64,000 nt of DNA from Prasinococcaceae sp. CCMP 1430 (taxonomy: Eukaryota > Plantae > Prasinodermophyta): NCBI GenBank assembly GCA_013416795.1, contig RQSC01001332.1, forward strand, positions 18,884 to 82,883. Direction: 5' to 3'. Below are positions 21,682 through 32,968 of this stretch, in pieces. Position 1 is the stretch's first letter, and each line of letters starts with the position of its first letter. A program made the position numbers and the translations under genes. Below the pieces are notes generated by a model. The model was not told where the DNA came from, did not search any database, and was given only the letters and a program-made list of their open reading frames with translations.

Positions 21682-24600
21682 ATGGCGCCGCGCGCGTCGG
21701 CATCCGAGCTGCCGCCCGAGGGCCACCAGGGCGACAGTGGCGGCGGCGCGAATGGGGGAGCATACGCCGGCGCGGGTGCGCACCACGCCACGGGGGGGCG
21801 TATGGCATCGCGTACTCTCGGCGGCAGCGGTGGTGGGTACACGAACCGTCTGGCAGCGGCCGCTGCCAGCTCGGACCGCCGCGCGCACAGCCAAGCCAGA
21901 CCCCAGCAGCAGCGACGCCCGCAACACCTGCGGTCGCTCGCGACGGGTGGTACGCATGAGCGCGCGCTTGCGGCGCAGGCCAGCGACAGGGCGCGCGCGC
22001 ACGCGAGCGAAGGGCTCGGTCGAAGCCTCGGAGGCGCGCATGGCAGCGGCGATGGGCCCCGCGCCTACAGCGGTAAGGGCGCGCACGGGGCACGCGGCGA
22101 GAAGGTCGTTGGCAGTGGCCGTGCGTTCGGCGACGGCGCGATCGAGCGCTCGCCGGGGGTGGCGGGCCTCGCATTGCTGAGCGACCTGGACTTGCCGCCG
22201 GAGCTCGACGAGCCGCTCACGCGCCAAGCGCTCTCGCGCGACGAGCTCGATGACTGGCTCGAGCGCCATACCGGCGGGGCGGAGCGCTTCGCGTCGGTGG
22301 CGCTCTACTGTGAGCTTCGACTGCGCGCGTCCCAGCGCGCCACGGTGGCACTGCCGTCTCCCAACACGACGCGTACGCTCGTGGCCGCGGAGCTCCTCGC
22401 CGCGCTCGTCACCAAGTCGCTCACGCGGCTGCCCATTCTGATCGAGCTCCTTCGCGAGGTGTTCTCGGCGCTCTTCGTCGACCCCGACGAGGCATCGCCG
22501 CAGCCATACTTTGTGGCGTACGCCGAGGGCATGGAGGAGCTCTCGCGCTTGCGCGCCGACCTCGCCGAGGCGCACCGAGCGGCGGGCTTTTGGCAGCGCA
22601 ACGCCGAGAATCGCCTGGCCTCGTACTCGCGCGCAATGACGATGCTCTTCGCGAGCGTCGCGCACGAAAAGTTTCACTTGTGGCGGACCTCTGTGGTGCA
22701 GCGGAAGATGACGCGCCAGAAGCTCGACCTGGCCGTCACTAAGTTCAAGCGCCGCGCCGAGCTCATGCGCGCTTTCTCGCACTGGCGCGACGCTCTGCTG
22801 CAAAGCAAGCTTGACGTGATGTCAACAACCGCGGATGAGCTTCGGCAGACCACGGTCACGCAGGCCGAGCGCATACGCGAGCTCGAGGGGCTGCTCCAGG
22901 CGGAGCAAGACGCCCACAGCGAGACCAAGATGGAGATGCAGAGACTCAAGGACCGGCTGGCTGAAGGCGACAATATCATCAAGGAGCAGGCTGAAGAGAT
23001 CGAGCGCCTCAAGGCGAAGTTGCTCGCCATGGAGGAGGAGAGTGCGATGGGCGCCCGCTACGCGGCCGAGGTGCGGCGAGGGCGGCGCGCGCTCGCCGCG
23101 CTCGCCGCGGACGAGGAGGCCGAGCTGCGCGCGCGAATGAAGGCCCTTGTCGATGGCACCTTCCAGGACTGCTCCGTGCTTCTCAAGCAAGACGAGGATA
23201 CACAGTCACTGCTGGAGGTCGACCCCAGCCAGATCATGCTGCGTTGGGCCAACTTCCACCTGCAGCGACAGGGCTTGGACACCATCCGCAACTTTGGCGC
23301 CGACCTGGCGGATGCCAAGGAGCTCGTACCACTGCTCAGAGCTGCCCTGCCGGACTCGGTAGACGCGAAGCTCGCGGATGAGGTGGACCCACTGCTCATT
23401 GCGCAGAAGTGCTTGGGCGTCATGCGCCAGCGCATCGACCTGCCCGAGGACGTGATTTTGCCCGCCGAGGTTCTGGACAAGACAACGGCCGATTTGGTGT
23501 ACGTGGCTCTCGAGCAACTGTTCAGCTTCGACGCGGGCCTAGACCTCGACCGCGTGAGCCAGGCACCGACCGAGCACATCGACACCGTGGTGGTTCGAGC
23601 TAGGGAATCGCTGGCACAATCGCCGCTGATCCACATGGATGAGCCCGGCGAGGACGACGACGAGTGCATCGGCGCCGGGGCTCGGTCCCTCCTCGAGGCG
23701 ATGCGAGATGCGCGACGCATGGTGAAACGCGAGGAGGAGAGCATGTGGGGACTGCACGCCACCTATATGGATGCGCGCCGTCGAGCGGCCAACCTGAGCA
23801 AGGAGTGCCTGGCGGCGCGCGCGCGAGGCAACGTGCGTGAGATGGTGGACGACAGCGCGGAGGACATGCAGGTGGCCTACACGCAGCTCGTGCCAGCACG
23901 TGTGATGGACATCATTCCCGAGGGCCCAGGCCAGGCCGAGGCGCTCGACATGGTGAGCTGCGTGCTTGGGAAGCACTACAAGGACCTGAAGCGCATTTTC
24001 GTCTTCTACTCGGCGGGCGGCTTCATGTCGAGCGCCGAGTACTGGAAGCTAATGAAGGATGCAAAGATTCCCACCAAAAAGTTCGGCTCGGCCAGGATCG
24101 ATCTGGTGTTCCTCAAGGCCAATAAAGAATACACGGACCGCGAGGCCGCAGGCGGCGTCGCAAGTGAAGACAACCCTGATACGGAGCTGATGCCTGCCGA
24201 GTACGTCGAGGCGATCGTGCGGCTTGCGTGGGGGCGCGCAGGGGAGAAGGGCGAGCTGCACGAGGTCGTGGAAAAGTTCATCGAGCAGCAGATCCTGCCC
24301 AACGCGTGCAAGAGCGACGCCGAGCAGTTCCGACGCATGCTGAAAGAGCCGGACTTCGCCGCCGTGCTGGCCACGCACCGCCCCGCACTACGCAAGATCT
24401 TCAGAAAGTACAGCGGCGCCGACGCGAGCGACGCGGACGGCCTCACCATGAATATGAAGGAGGTGGCGCAGCTCTTCAAGGACTCGCTGCAGATCTCCGG
24501 GGGGTTCACGCACCACGACGTGAAGAAAATCTTTGGGAACGTCCAGGATGCGGAAGGCAATCACGGCGACGGCGCGGACGACGACGACGAGCTCGTCTTT

Positions 24601-24741
24601 ACCGAGTTCATTGAGCTGCTCGTCTGCACGTGCGTGTACCGCGACCCGAATCCGTTCATGCCCCTCGACAAGCGCTTCAGCGCGTATGTGACGAAAGACC
24701 TCGTGAAGCCGTTGAAGGCCGCAAAGAAGGTGAAGTTCTAA
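21682..24741 (+). CDS. 1019-aa coiled-coil + calponin-homology + EF-hand-like protein
   Basis: Heptad region (about aa 370-490); CH-like IMLRWANFHLQRQG..IRNFGADLAD; C-terminal helical/EF-like repeats LKRIFVFYS..MSSAEYWKLMKD, LRKIFRKYS..MNMKEV, LVFTEFIELL. Confidence 0.8.
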   Translation: MAPRASASELPPEGHQGDSGGGANGGAYAGAGAHHATGGRMASRTLGGSGGGYTNRLAAAAASSDRRAHSQARPQQQRRPQHLRSLATGGTHERALAAQASDRARAHASEGLGRSLGGAHGSGDGPRAYSGKGAHGARGEKVVGSGRAFGDGAIERSPGVAGLALLSDLDLPPELDEPLTRQALSRDELDDWLERHTGGAERFASVALYCELRLRASQRATVALPSPNTTRTLVAAELLAALVTKSLTRLPILIELLREVFSALFVDPDEASPQPYFVAYAEGMEELSRLRADLAEAHRAAGFWQRNAENRLASYSRAMTMLFASVAHEKFHLWRTSVVQRKMTRQKLDLAVTKFKRRAELMRAFSHWRDALLQSKLDVMSTTADELRQTTVTQAERIRELEGLLQAEQDAHSETKMEMQRLKDRLAEGDNIIKEQAEEIERLKAKLLAMEEESAMGARYAAEVRRGRRALAALAADEEAELRARMKALVDGTFQDCSVLLKQDEDTQSLLEVDPSQIMLRWANFHLQRQGLDTIRNFGADLADAKELVPLLRAALPDSVDAKLADEVDPLLIAQKCLGVMRQRIDLPEDVILPAEVLDKTTADLVYVALEQLFSFDAGLDLDRVSQAPTEHIDTVVVRARESLAQSPLIHMDEPGEDDDECIGAGARSLLEAMRDARRMVKREEESMWGLHATYMDARRRAANLSKECLAARARGNVREMVDDSAEDMQVAYTQLVPARVMDIIPEGPGQAEALDMVSCVLGKHYKDLKRIFVFYSAGGFMSSAEYWKLMKDAKIPTKKFGSARIDLVFLKANKEYTDREAAGGVASEDNPDTELMPAEYVEAIVRLAWGRAGEKGELHEVVEKFIEQQILPNACKSDAEQFRRMLKEPDFAAVLATHRPALRKIFRKYSGADASDADGLTMNMKEVAQLFKDSLQISGGFTHHDVKKIFGNVQDAEGNHGDGADDDDELVFTEFIELLVCTCVYRDPNPFMPLDKRFSAYVTKDLVKPLKAAKKVKF

Positions 24742-25100
24742 AGAGCGCCCCTCTGAGCGGGCCCGTGCGCCTGAGCCGGAGCGCATGCATCCGCAAGGAA
24801 AACCAACGTGCTGGTACGCAAACTTTAATATCAGCCATTGTGCGAGTGGCGGTGACCTACCCAGAAGGGAAGGCCTTGTGCAGATGGGTCGCTCTGGTGA
24901 AGATTGGCTTGGCGGTATCAATCTGTGCTTCAATCCTTGCGCACTTGAGGTTGCTTCGCGAATCGCTTTGCCAGCGAATGTGCGTGCGCGCGTGCACGAG
25001 TCAAAGTGGCGCGAGGCGCGCTCGAATGGTCCGAAGCCGCGATGGTCACGGTCCTGCGCGCTCCGTGGCACGGGCAGCGGCCTTCTGTGCGCGGTCGGCG

Positions 25101-26069
25101 CTACTCAGCGGCGTCCATGTGCTCACGCACGTGCGCATCGCCTCCTTCGCAGTCTGCCTGCGCGTACTCGTTGATGTCTTGCACGGCCTTCAGCGCGGCA
25201 ATAGTGGCATCCGAGTCGTCGCCTCCGTGCTCGAAGACGCTCGCGACTTCAGTCAGGAACACGTGGACCGACGGGCCGACAAATCTGGCGTTCTGCTGCT
25301 CGGCTGCGCGGCGCAGATCTTTCGCGCGCTCGGCTCTTTTCTGGACCTCGCTTAGCGTTGCTGCTAGGCGGACGTGAGCCCTGCTTGTTTGTGCGTAAGC
25401 GCAGCCGAAGTTCTTCTTCAGGTCGCGCAGCATAAGTACGAGAATCTCCATGACAGTGTTGGCGATTTGCTGCATCGCCTCGTCGTGCTCCTCGAGCCGC
25501 AGGTCCGACGAGCTGTTGATTTCGTGCAGAATCTCTAGCATTTTCTCGATTTCGTTCTGTGCAGTGTCCATGACGTCAGGCTGATCATCTCCATCACCCT
25601 CGTTGAGACTCTTTTCGAGAATGGTTCTCGCCTGGTCCATCTGGAGCTCCGATACTTCTGGGACTGAGATCGCATACGCAGCCGCGCCACCGTTGCCCGT
25701 TGGAGGTGCTCCATCCTCGCCCTCGTCAACCACTTCTTCTCCTGCAGGCAGCGGCGGGGCCTCGGTGTCATCAGCGTCGCCGCCCTGCAGCTGCTCATTG
25801 CGAGGCGCTCCTTCATGCCCGTCCGTAGCAGCGCCGTCTGCATGCGCGCTCGCCAAGACAGCGATCGACGATAGCCCAGAGCGATCCTCGACGGAGGCCA
25901 GAGCGATGGGAGGCGCCAACTCTGCCGCTGGGGCGGCGGCGGCAGCGGCCCCGTCGACCGGCCTACTTTCGCTCCTCGCGCGCTTGTGCGGCAGGTCCGA
26001 GTAGTCGGGGCCCACTACCACGAGGGGCACCGCCTGCTGCGGCGCTGTGCCACCGCCGTCGCCGGACAT
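25101..26069 (-). CDS. Hypothetical acidic/helical protein (322 aa)
   Basis: Intronless ORF with protein-like composition (acidic N-half, amphipathic helices in the C-half); no family recognised. Confidence 0.65.
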   Translation of the reverse strand: MSGDGGGTAPQQAVPLVVVGPDYSDLPHKRARSESRPVDGAAAAAAPAAELAPPIALASVEDRSGLSSIAVLASAHADGAATDGHEGAPRNEQLQGGDADDTEAPPLPAGEEVVDEGEDGAPPTGNGGAAAYAISVPEVSELQMDQARTILEKSLNEGDGDDQPDVMDTAQNEIEKMLEILHEINSSSDLRLEEHDEAMQQIANTVMEILVLMLRDLKKNFGCAYAQTSRAHVRLAATLSEVQKRAERAKDLRRAAEQQNARFVGPSVHVFLTEVASVFEHGGDDSDATIAALKAVQDINEYAQADCEGGDAHVREHMDAAE

Positions 26070-26619
26070 CTCCGACGGTGGACGGGGACGGAATTTAAAA
26101 CGCGCACGTCAGTCGTGGCGCCCGCGGTCGCTCGGTGGACTGTGCGAGCGACCAATGAAGGCGATGAGAAGGCGCGGCGAGGGCGGGCGCGCGGGCGCGA
26201 TGAGCAAGGCGGGGCTGGTTTTAGGGCGGAGAGGGAAGGCACTCGGGCAGCGGGCCCGTGCGCGCCGCGCGCGTGGAGTGGCGCCCTGCCTGCCAGCACA
26301 CATCGAACACAAAAAAACCAAACCAAAACAAGCGCGCGCGGCCAACCCGTGGGGGGTGTCGCCCAAATCACCCGGGAAAACCATCCGGAATCCGCGCGAG
26401 CCTCGCAAGATCGTGCCACAGCCGCGCCCTGCGCATCCCCCGGAACAAACGGGAGATTTCGTCGGGTACGCGCTCCAAACGACCGACCACCAACCAAATG
26501 AATCTTTCCCGTTTTTTTTTTTTTTTCCAACCGCGGCGGCCATTTCTTGCTGACATTCTGAATGCGCCAATGTATGTATATTGATGGCGAGGATGTGACA
26601 CGTCAGCACGCACACCAGC

Positions 26620-26894
26620 GAGGCGGAGGCGGAGGCGGGGGAGGAGGCGAGGGCGGAGGCCGCGCTGCGCCTTGAGCGACTCCGCCTCGAGCATGCACAG
26701 CGCGCACACGGGCATCACGCGCGTCGCGTGCCGCGTGCGCTGCGCGCCGGAGTCGAGCGCGTCGGCCACGCACGCCGCAGCCAGGCGCGCAGCGGAGAGC
26801 TGGCGCGCAACCGCGTCGCCCCCCGCGGGCTTCTTTGTGTGTGTGTGTGTGTCAAGTGTTTGTGTGTGTGTGTGTGTGTGTGTGCGTGTGCGAG

Positions 26895-26928
<34 letters not shown>

Positions 26929-27717
26929 CCGTGTGCGTGTGTGCGTGTGTGTGTGTGCGTGTGCGTGTGTGAGTGTGTGCGCGCACGCGTCAGTGTACAT
27001 TCGCTCAGGCACGCGCACACGCCCATGTACACGCGCGCACACGCAGTCAAGCCCGCGAGGGCGATGACGCGTGCGCGCGCGCACACACACTAACACACAC
27101 ACACACATAGACACACACACACACACACACAGACACGCACACACACACACACACACACGCACACACGCACCTCGCCCTGCTCCCCCCCGAGGCCGAGCCT
27201 GAGCAGCACGATGCCGCGGCCGAGCACGCGCGCGGGCGCCAGCGAGAAGGCGCCCTCCGCCGCGCCCGCGCGCGCCGCCAGCAGCGGGCTGAGGAGCCTG
27301 ACGATCTCCTTGGTGGCGGAGATCTCGCGGCCCATCGCGCAGAAGACCAAGAAGCCCGCGAAGCCCGACAGGTCGTTCACGGCGGAGTAGTCGTACCTGC
27401 GCGGGCGAGCTCGTGCGCGTGAGCGTGTGCGTGTGTACGCGTGCACGCGCAAGTTTGTACACGTGCGCGCAAACACGTACGCACACACACACACACACAC
27501 ACACAAAAACATACACACACCACCACACACACATACACACACACACACACACACACAGGCACACGCTCACGACGGCGCGTACGCCCACGCACCTGGTCCG
27601 GTTGCCCTCCTTGGCGCCCTCGTCGACCTTGAAGACCTTGCCGGTGTTGTAGTCGAACTCGAGGCCGCCGCCCTCGCCGCCGCCGCCCTCGCCGCCGTCG
27701 CGCGCGCGCTTCGACAT
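26620..27717 (-). CDS. THUMP-domain (THUMPD1/Tan1-like) protein, N-terminal part; 3' end unresolved
   Basis: Exons MSKRARD...EGNRT / YDYSAVNDLSGFAGFLVFCAMGREISATKEIVRLL / VADALDSGAQRTRHATRVMPVCALC resemble the THUMPD1 N-terminal region. Two microsatellite-filled introns. Confidence 0.5.
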
Positions 27718-27827
27718 GGCCCCGAGCTTGGCGTCGCCGCCACGACCGCCGCGCGCGCGCGCGCGGCCTCGTGTGGCGCCCGGAGAGGGCTCGCGCCGCC
27801 TCCCGCCCTCTCGCACGCGTGTGTGCG

Positions 27828-27858
<31 letters not shown>

Positions 27859-27918
27859 GCGCAGCCGCACACACACCACGTAAGCACACACGCTTTTAAA
27901 CCTCAACATGCCACAATA

Positions 27919-28009
27919 TTTAGGGTTACATGTACTTTCACGTTGGTGTACTTACGTGTCATCATATTATCAAATGTACCATCAAACAGGTACTACGGAT
28001 CTAGGGTTT
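27919..28009 (-). promoter_or_regulatory. Telo-box-like motifs (AAACCCTA / TAACCCTAAA) upstream of the THUMP-like gene
   Basis: TTTAGGGTTA at 27919 and TAGGGTTT at 28002. Similar motifs at 2620, 14913, 20851 (AAACCCTAAACCC) and about 56189. Confidence 0.5.
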
Positions 28010-28028
28010 ACAAAAATACTGTACATGA

Positions 28029-28105
28029 AGTCTCCCGTGGGTACATAATCTTAGTATTTGAATCAACAGTTCACCTAAATACTTTACAGTCTCCCGTGGG
28101 TACAT
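28029..28105. repeat. 18-bp perfect direct repeat in an AT-rich divergent promoter
   Basis: AGTCTCCCGTGGGTACAT at 28029 and 28088. Confidence 0.85.
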
Positions 28106-28338
28106 GACCGGATTACTTGCATAAACCAAACCGCCCTGCAACGGTTTCGAGCGATGCGCCGGCTTTTCCTTCCCCAGTGCGTTCATTTTGATATGTTATT
28201 TCAGTTAAGGCATATCAATTTGAATGAGGGATGTTGCGCGGTAGGTGCCGGCGGGGCGCCACACACCGCGCGCGTGGCGCTCCCCCCTCCCCCCTCCTCA
28301 CACCTCCGCCGCCCCTCTCCCCCACCCCAACCCGCGCC

Positions 28339-31300
28339 ATGAGCGCGGGTGGGGCGCCGGCGGAGGCCTCGGACGGCGCGGCGTCGGCGTCGGGGGGCGG
28401 CGGCGGCGGCGCGGCCTCGGCGTCGGGCGGCGGCGCATGGAGGAGCTGGCTGCCGTACGGCGGCAGCGGCAAGCCCGCCGAGCTGAGGGTGGAGCTCGAC
28501 TACGAGGTGGGCGCCGAGGGGGATGGCGGCGACGATCGCGCAACCGTGACGCTGCGCGAGAGCCTGTTCTCCGACGACGCGAGCGCGGCGCGGGCGCGCG
28601 ACTCGCTCGTGGCGGCGCTCGACGCCGCGACGTCGGGGTCGCGGCGGCCGCGGCTNNNNNNNNNNNNNNNNNNNNNNNNNNNNNNNNNNNNNNNNNNNNN
28701 NNNNNNNNNNNNNNNNNNNNNNNNNNNNNNNNNNNNNNNNNNNNNNNNNNNNNNNNNNNNNNNNNNNNNNNNNNNNNNNNNNNNNNNNNNNNNNNNNNNN
28801 NNNNNNNNNNNNNNNNNNNNNNNNNNNNNNNNNNNNNNNNNNNNNNNNNNNNNNNNNNNNNNNNNNNNNNNNNNNNNNNNNNNNNNNNNNNNNNNNNNNN
28901 NNNNNNNNNNNNNNNNNNNNNNNNNNNNNNNNNNNNNNNNNNNNNNNNNNNNNNNNNNNNNNNNNNNNNNNNNNNNNNNNNNNNNNNNNNNNNNNNNNNN
29001 NNNNNNNNNNNNNNNNNNNNNNNNNNNNNNNNNNNNNNNNNNNNNNNNNNNNNNNNNNNNNNNNNNNNNNNNNNNNNNNNNNNNNNNNNNNNNNNNNNNN
29101 NNNNNNNNNNNNNNNNNNNNNNNNNNNNNNNNNNNNNNNNNNNNNNNNNNNNNNNNNNNNNNNNNNNNNNNNNNNNNNNNNNNNNNNNNNNNNNNNNNNN
29201 NNNNNNNNNNNNNNNNNNNNNNNNNNNNNNNNNNNNNNNNNNNNNNNNNNNNNNNNNNNNNNNNNNNNNNNNNNNNNNNNNNNNNNNNNNNNNNNNNNNN
29301 NNNNNNNGCGGCGCTGGCGCGCGCCCCCGGTGCCGTGCAGCAGCTGCTCGCCGCGGCGCTCAGCGGCAGCGCGCACGCCATCGAGGAGGGCTGCGGGGCG
29401 CTCGGCGCGCTCGCCGAGAGGGGCGGCGCGCCGCTGGCGTGGTTCGGGGGCGGTGCGGACGAGGAAAAGGGTGGTGGTGGTGGCGATGGTGCTGGAGGAG
29501 GAGGCACCGCCGGTGGCGGCGCTGGTGGCGGCACCGTCGCGGCAGCGAGCCTCCTGCCGATGCTCGCGCCCGGCGTATGCGACGCCAGCCTGGTGAGCGC
29601 GCTGCGGATGCTCGCAGCGGTGTGCCTCGCGTCGCGCAGCGCGGCCGAGGCGCTTATGGTGGGAAACGAGGTTGTCGGCGAGGGCCTCATTGATGAGTTC
29701 GGAGAGGGCTTCGAGGGCGATGAGGTGCACCGCCGAGTGGAACGTGGCGCCGTCGGGAACGCTGGGGAAGGCGACGGAAGCAGCGGTGACAGAAGTGGCG
29801 GCGGGACGCTGCGTGCCGATCCGCCGGCGTCGCCCTGCGCCGAGCTCTACTTGCGCGTGCTCGCGCTCTGCCGCGCCGGGGACGATTTGGGCACCGCAGG
29901 TCTTAGGAAAGAGCGCGCGCCGGCGGTGCGGAGGCACGCGCTCCTATGCCTGGGCAACGCCGCGCTGGCGCCGCGCGTGCGGGCGCGCGTGCTGGGGGAC
30001 GCGCGCGCGATGGGTGCGCTCGCCGACGCCGCGGCCGTTGGCGGTGCCACCGAGCGCGTGCGCGCGCGAGGAGCAGCGCCACGCGTGCCGCTGCTGCCGC
30101 GGCCGCCGCAGCCGCGGCTGCCGCGGCAGACGGCGCGGCGCGTGACCCTTCTGGAGGCGGCGGAGGCAGCCTGCCTTCGACGCCCACGGCGTCCACCCCA
30201 ACGCTCACCAAGGCCCACAAAGCGCTCAGCGGGCTGCTGCGGGGATTTTTCTCCGCGTCGACTCCCGACGTGCGTGACCCTGAGGGCGATGGTGACGATG
30301 GCATTGCAGAGGAGAGCACGCCATCGCCGTCAGCTGCGGTATTCGCGGTGTCCGAAGAGGCCGAAGCCGCCGATGCGGTGGGCGCGACGGACGGGGGTGA
30401 GGACGTGAGCATCGTTACAGGCATGGACACGCAGCAGGCGCAGCCACCACAACCAAGCGATACGGGAGGTGCCGATAGCCCCCGCAGAGCAAACGATACC
30501 ACGCCGCCCCACGACGACGCGCGGACGCCACAGCAAACACCCGAAAATGTACTCAGCAGCCACCTTGGCACTAGTGCCGACGGTGAGGAAAGCAACGAGG
30601 AGGGTGATTCTAGTGGCGACGCCCTCGTCTCGCCGCCGACGACTCAACCCAGCCAGCTGGCGGACCCGCTGTCGCCCGCCGCGGCGAGCCCTGCGAGCCC
30701 CTCGCCCGCCGCTCTCGGCCGTCTGGTGCACTCGCCGCCGCGCACGATCCGGAGCAGTGCGACCACAGGCGCGAGCCCGAGCCCGCTGCGCAGCGCCAGC
30801 CTCGAGGCGCGCTCGCCCGCGCGGGTGGTGGTCGGTGGCGCGGGCGGCAGCGTGCGGGGCGGCACGCCTGCCGTCTCCACACCCGCGCCGCCCTCGCCGG
30901 CGGCCATTCTGGAGGCCGAGGCCGGCGAGGGCGCGGAGCTGGCCAGGGAGGCCGTGCGCCTGGCGTCCGTTCGCGCGCTAGCGATCCTCGGCTGCAACGA
31001 GCGCGTCGCTCGCTGCGTGGGGCAGCGCTCGCGCGCCGAGATGACTCGCACCGGCGTGCGCGTGCTCAGCCTCGACGGGGGCGGGATGAAGGGCCTCGCG
31101 ACGATCGCGCAGCTCAAGGCGATCGAGGCTGCGGCGGGCAAGCCCATCCAGGAGCTCTTCGACCTCATCGTGGGCACGAGCATCGGCGGGCTCCTCGCGG
31201 TCGCGCTGGTCCTCAAGCGCATGACGCTCGACCAAGTCGAGACCGAGGTCTTCATGCGCATGTCCAAGCAGGTCTTCAACGACGCCAACGACGGCGCCGA

Positions 31301-32822
31301 CGCCGCGAGCGGCGACGGGGCGGCCGACGGGGGCACGGGGGGAAGCACGCAGGAGACGTGGCTCGCTGGCCTGGGCACGCTGGGCTCGGGGCTCGTCAAG
31401 CGCGGCACCAGCCAGGTGGCGATGCTGCTCAGGGGCGTCAAATACAAGAGCAATCTCCTCGAGGCCTTCCTGAAGGAGTACGACTTCAAGGCGACCATAC
31501 CCGACGACGAGCTCGGCTTTCCGCAGCACCTGCTCGCGACGATCGACGGCGAGAGCGTCGAGCACTCGAGCTACCACAGGATGATCGACACCAGCGTGTG
31601 CGGCGGTCCCAAGGTGGCGACCGTCGCGACGCACACGCGCTACTCCCCCGCGCGCCCCTTCGTCTTTCGCAACTACAACCTGCCGCCGGGCACCGCCGAG
31701 GCGCTGGACTCGCCGGCCGACCCGCGCGGCGGCGGCGCGAACGGCACGGCCGGCGGGCGCGCCGACCAGCGCGCGTCGCGCGCGCGCGCGCGCGCCTTGC
31801 TCGGCAGCGCGAACTTCTCGACGTGGGAGGCCGTGCGCGCGAGCAGCGCCGGGCCCTACTACTTCTCCGAGTTCACCGTCGGCGCCGACCGGTGGCACGA
31901 CGGCGCGTGCATCGCCAACAACCCCGCGCTGCTCGCGTGCCGCGAGGCGCAGTGCCTGTGGCCCGGCGTGCCCGTCGGCGTGCTGGTGTCGGTGGGCACG
32001 GGGCGCGAGCCCACCAAGCCGCGCGAGCGCGCGGGCAACTGGATCGTCGACGGCGGGACGACGCTCGTCGAGATCGCCGCGGGCACGCACGAGCAGGACG
32101 ACGTGCTGCGGGCGCTCCTGCACGGCGTCAACGGCGTTGGTGAGGAGCGGGGTGGGCGCGCGGGATCGGGGGCGGGAAGCGCGCCGGCCTACTTCCGCTT
32201 CCAGCCGACGGCCGACGTGTACGGCTGCGAGATCGACGACACCGACGACGCCAAGCTCGCGCGCGTCGCCCGCGCGGCCGAGGAGTACGTGGCGGCGCAC
32301 GCGGACGCCGTGAAGGAGCTCGTGCGGTTGCTTAGCGACGACGGCGGAAATGTCGGTGAGGTGGGTGGCGGGAGGGCGGGAGAGGGTGATGGTGGTGATT
32401 TGGATGATGGTGGGGAAGGCGAGGGCGGTGGTGACGTCCTTGATGCTCGCAGTGGCGAGGGTGATGACGAGGTGGATGCCCATGTCAGCGACGGTGCTAT
32501 CAATGAAGTCGGGAGCGGTGAAGAGGCCATAACGCGCGGGGTGCAGGGCGCGGACGTAGCCGCAGCGCATCGCCCTCACAGCGGAAAGACTGCGGACCGC
32601 ACGGCAGCTGTGCACGACGCACGCGTGCGCTCTGCCGAATCTCTTGGCGGCGTAGTAGGAGGCTGGGCAAACGAGCGCGTAGAATGTGGTGCGCCTGAAG
32701 GGAGCGCCGCTAACGCTGGTGGCGACATGGACGCCCGCATGAACAAGCTCGAGCGCAAGCTCGACATGGTGCTCAACGCGCTCGTGGGCCGGCCCGACAG
32801 CGGCGGTGCGGGTCAGGGGTGA
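28339..32822 (+). CDS. Patatin-like phospholipase, plant PLA-I/iPLA2-gamma type, with an ARM-like N-terminal region
   Basis: ASVRALAILGCNE, RVLSLDGGGMKG, FDLIVGTSIGG (GxSxG), RASSAGPYYF and WHDGACIANNP (catalytic DGA). The N-terminal part (28339-about 30060) is in another frame; N-gap 28656-29307. Confidence 0.9.
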
Positions 32823-32968
32823 GGACCGTCGGGTGGTGGCATTTGGTAGCACGGTTGCTGGCGGCGCTGGTGTTGGTGGCGTGGACGGTAGCGCTGCTGG
32901 CGGCGGTGCGCGTAGCGATGAAATGGTGTAATGCAGTGGTGATTGTGGCTCGGACGTTGAGCAGAGGC

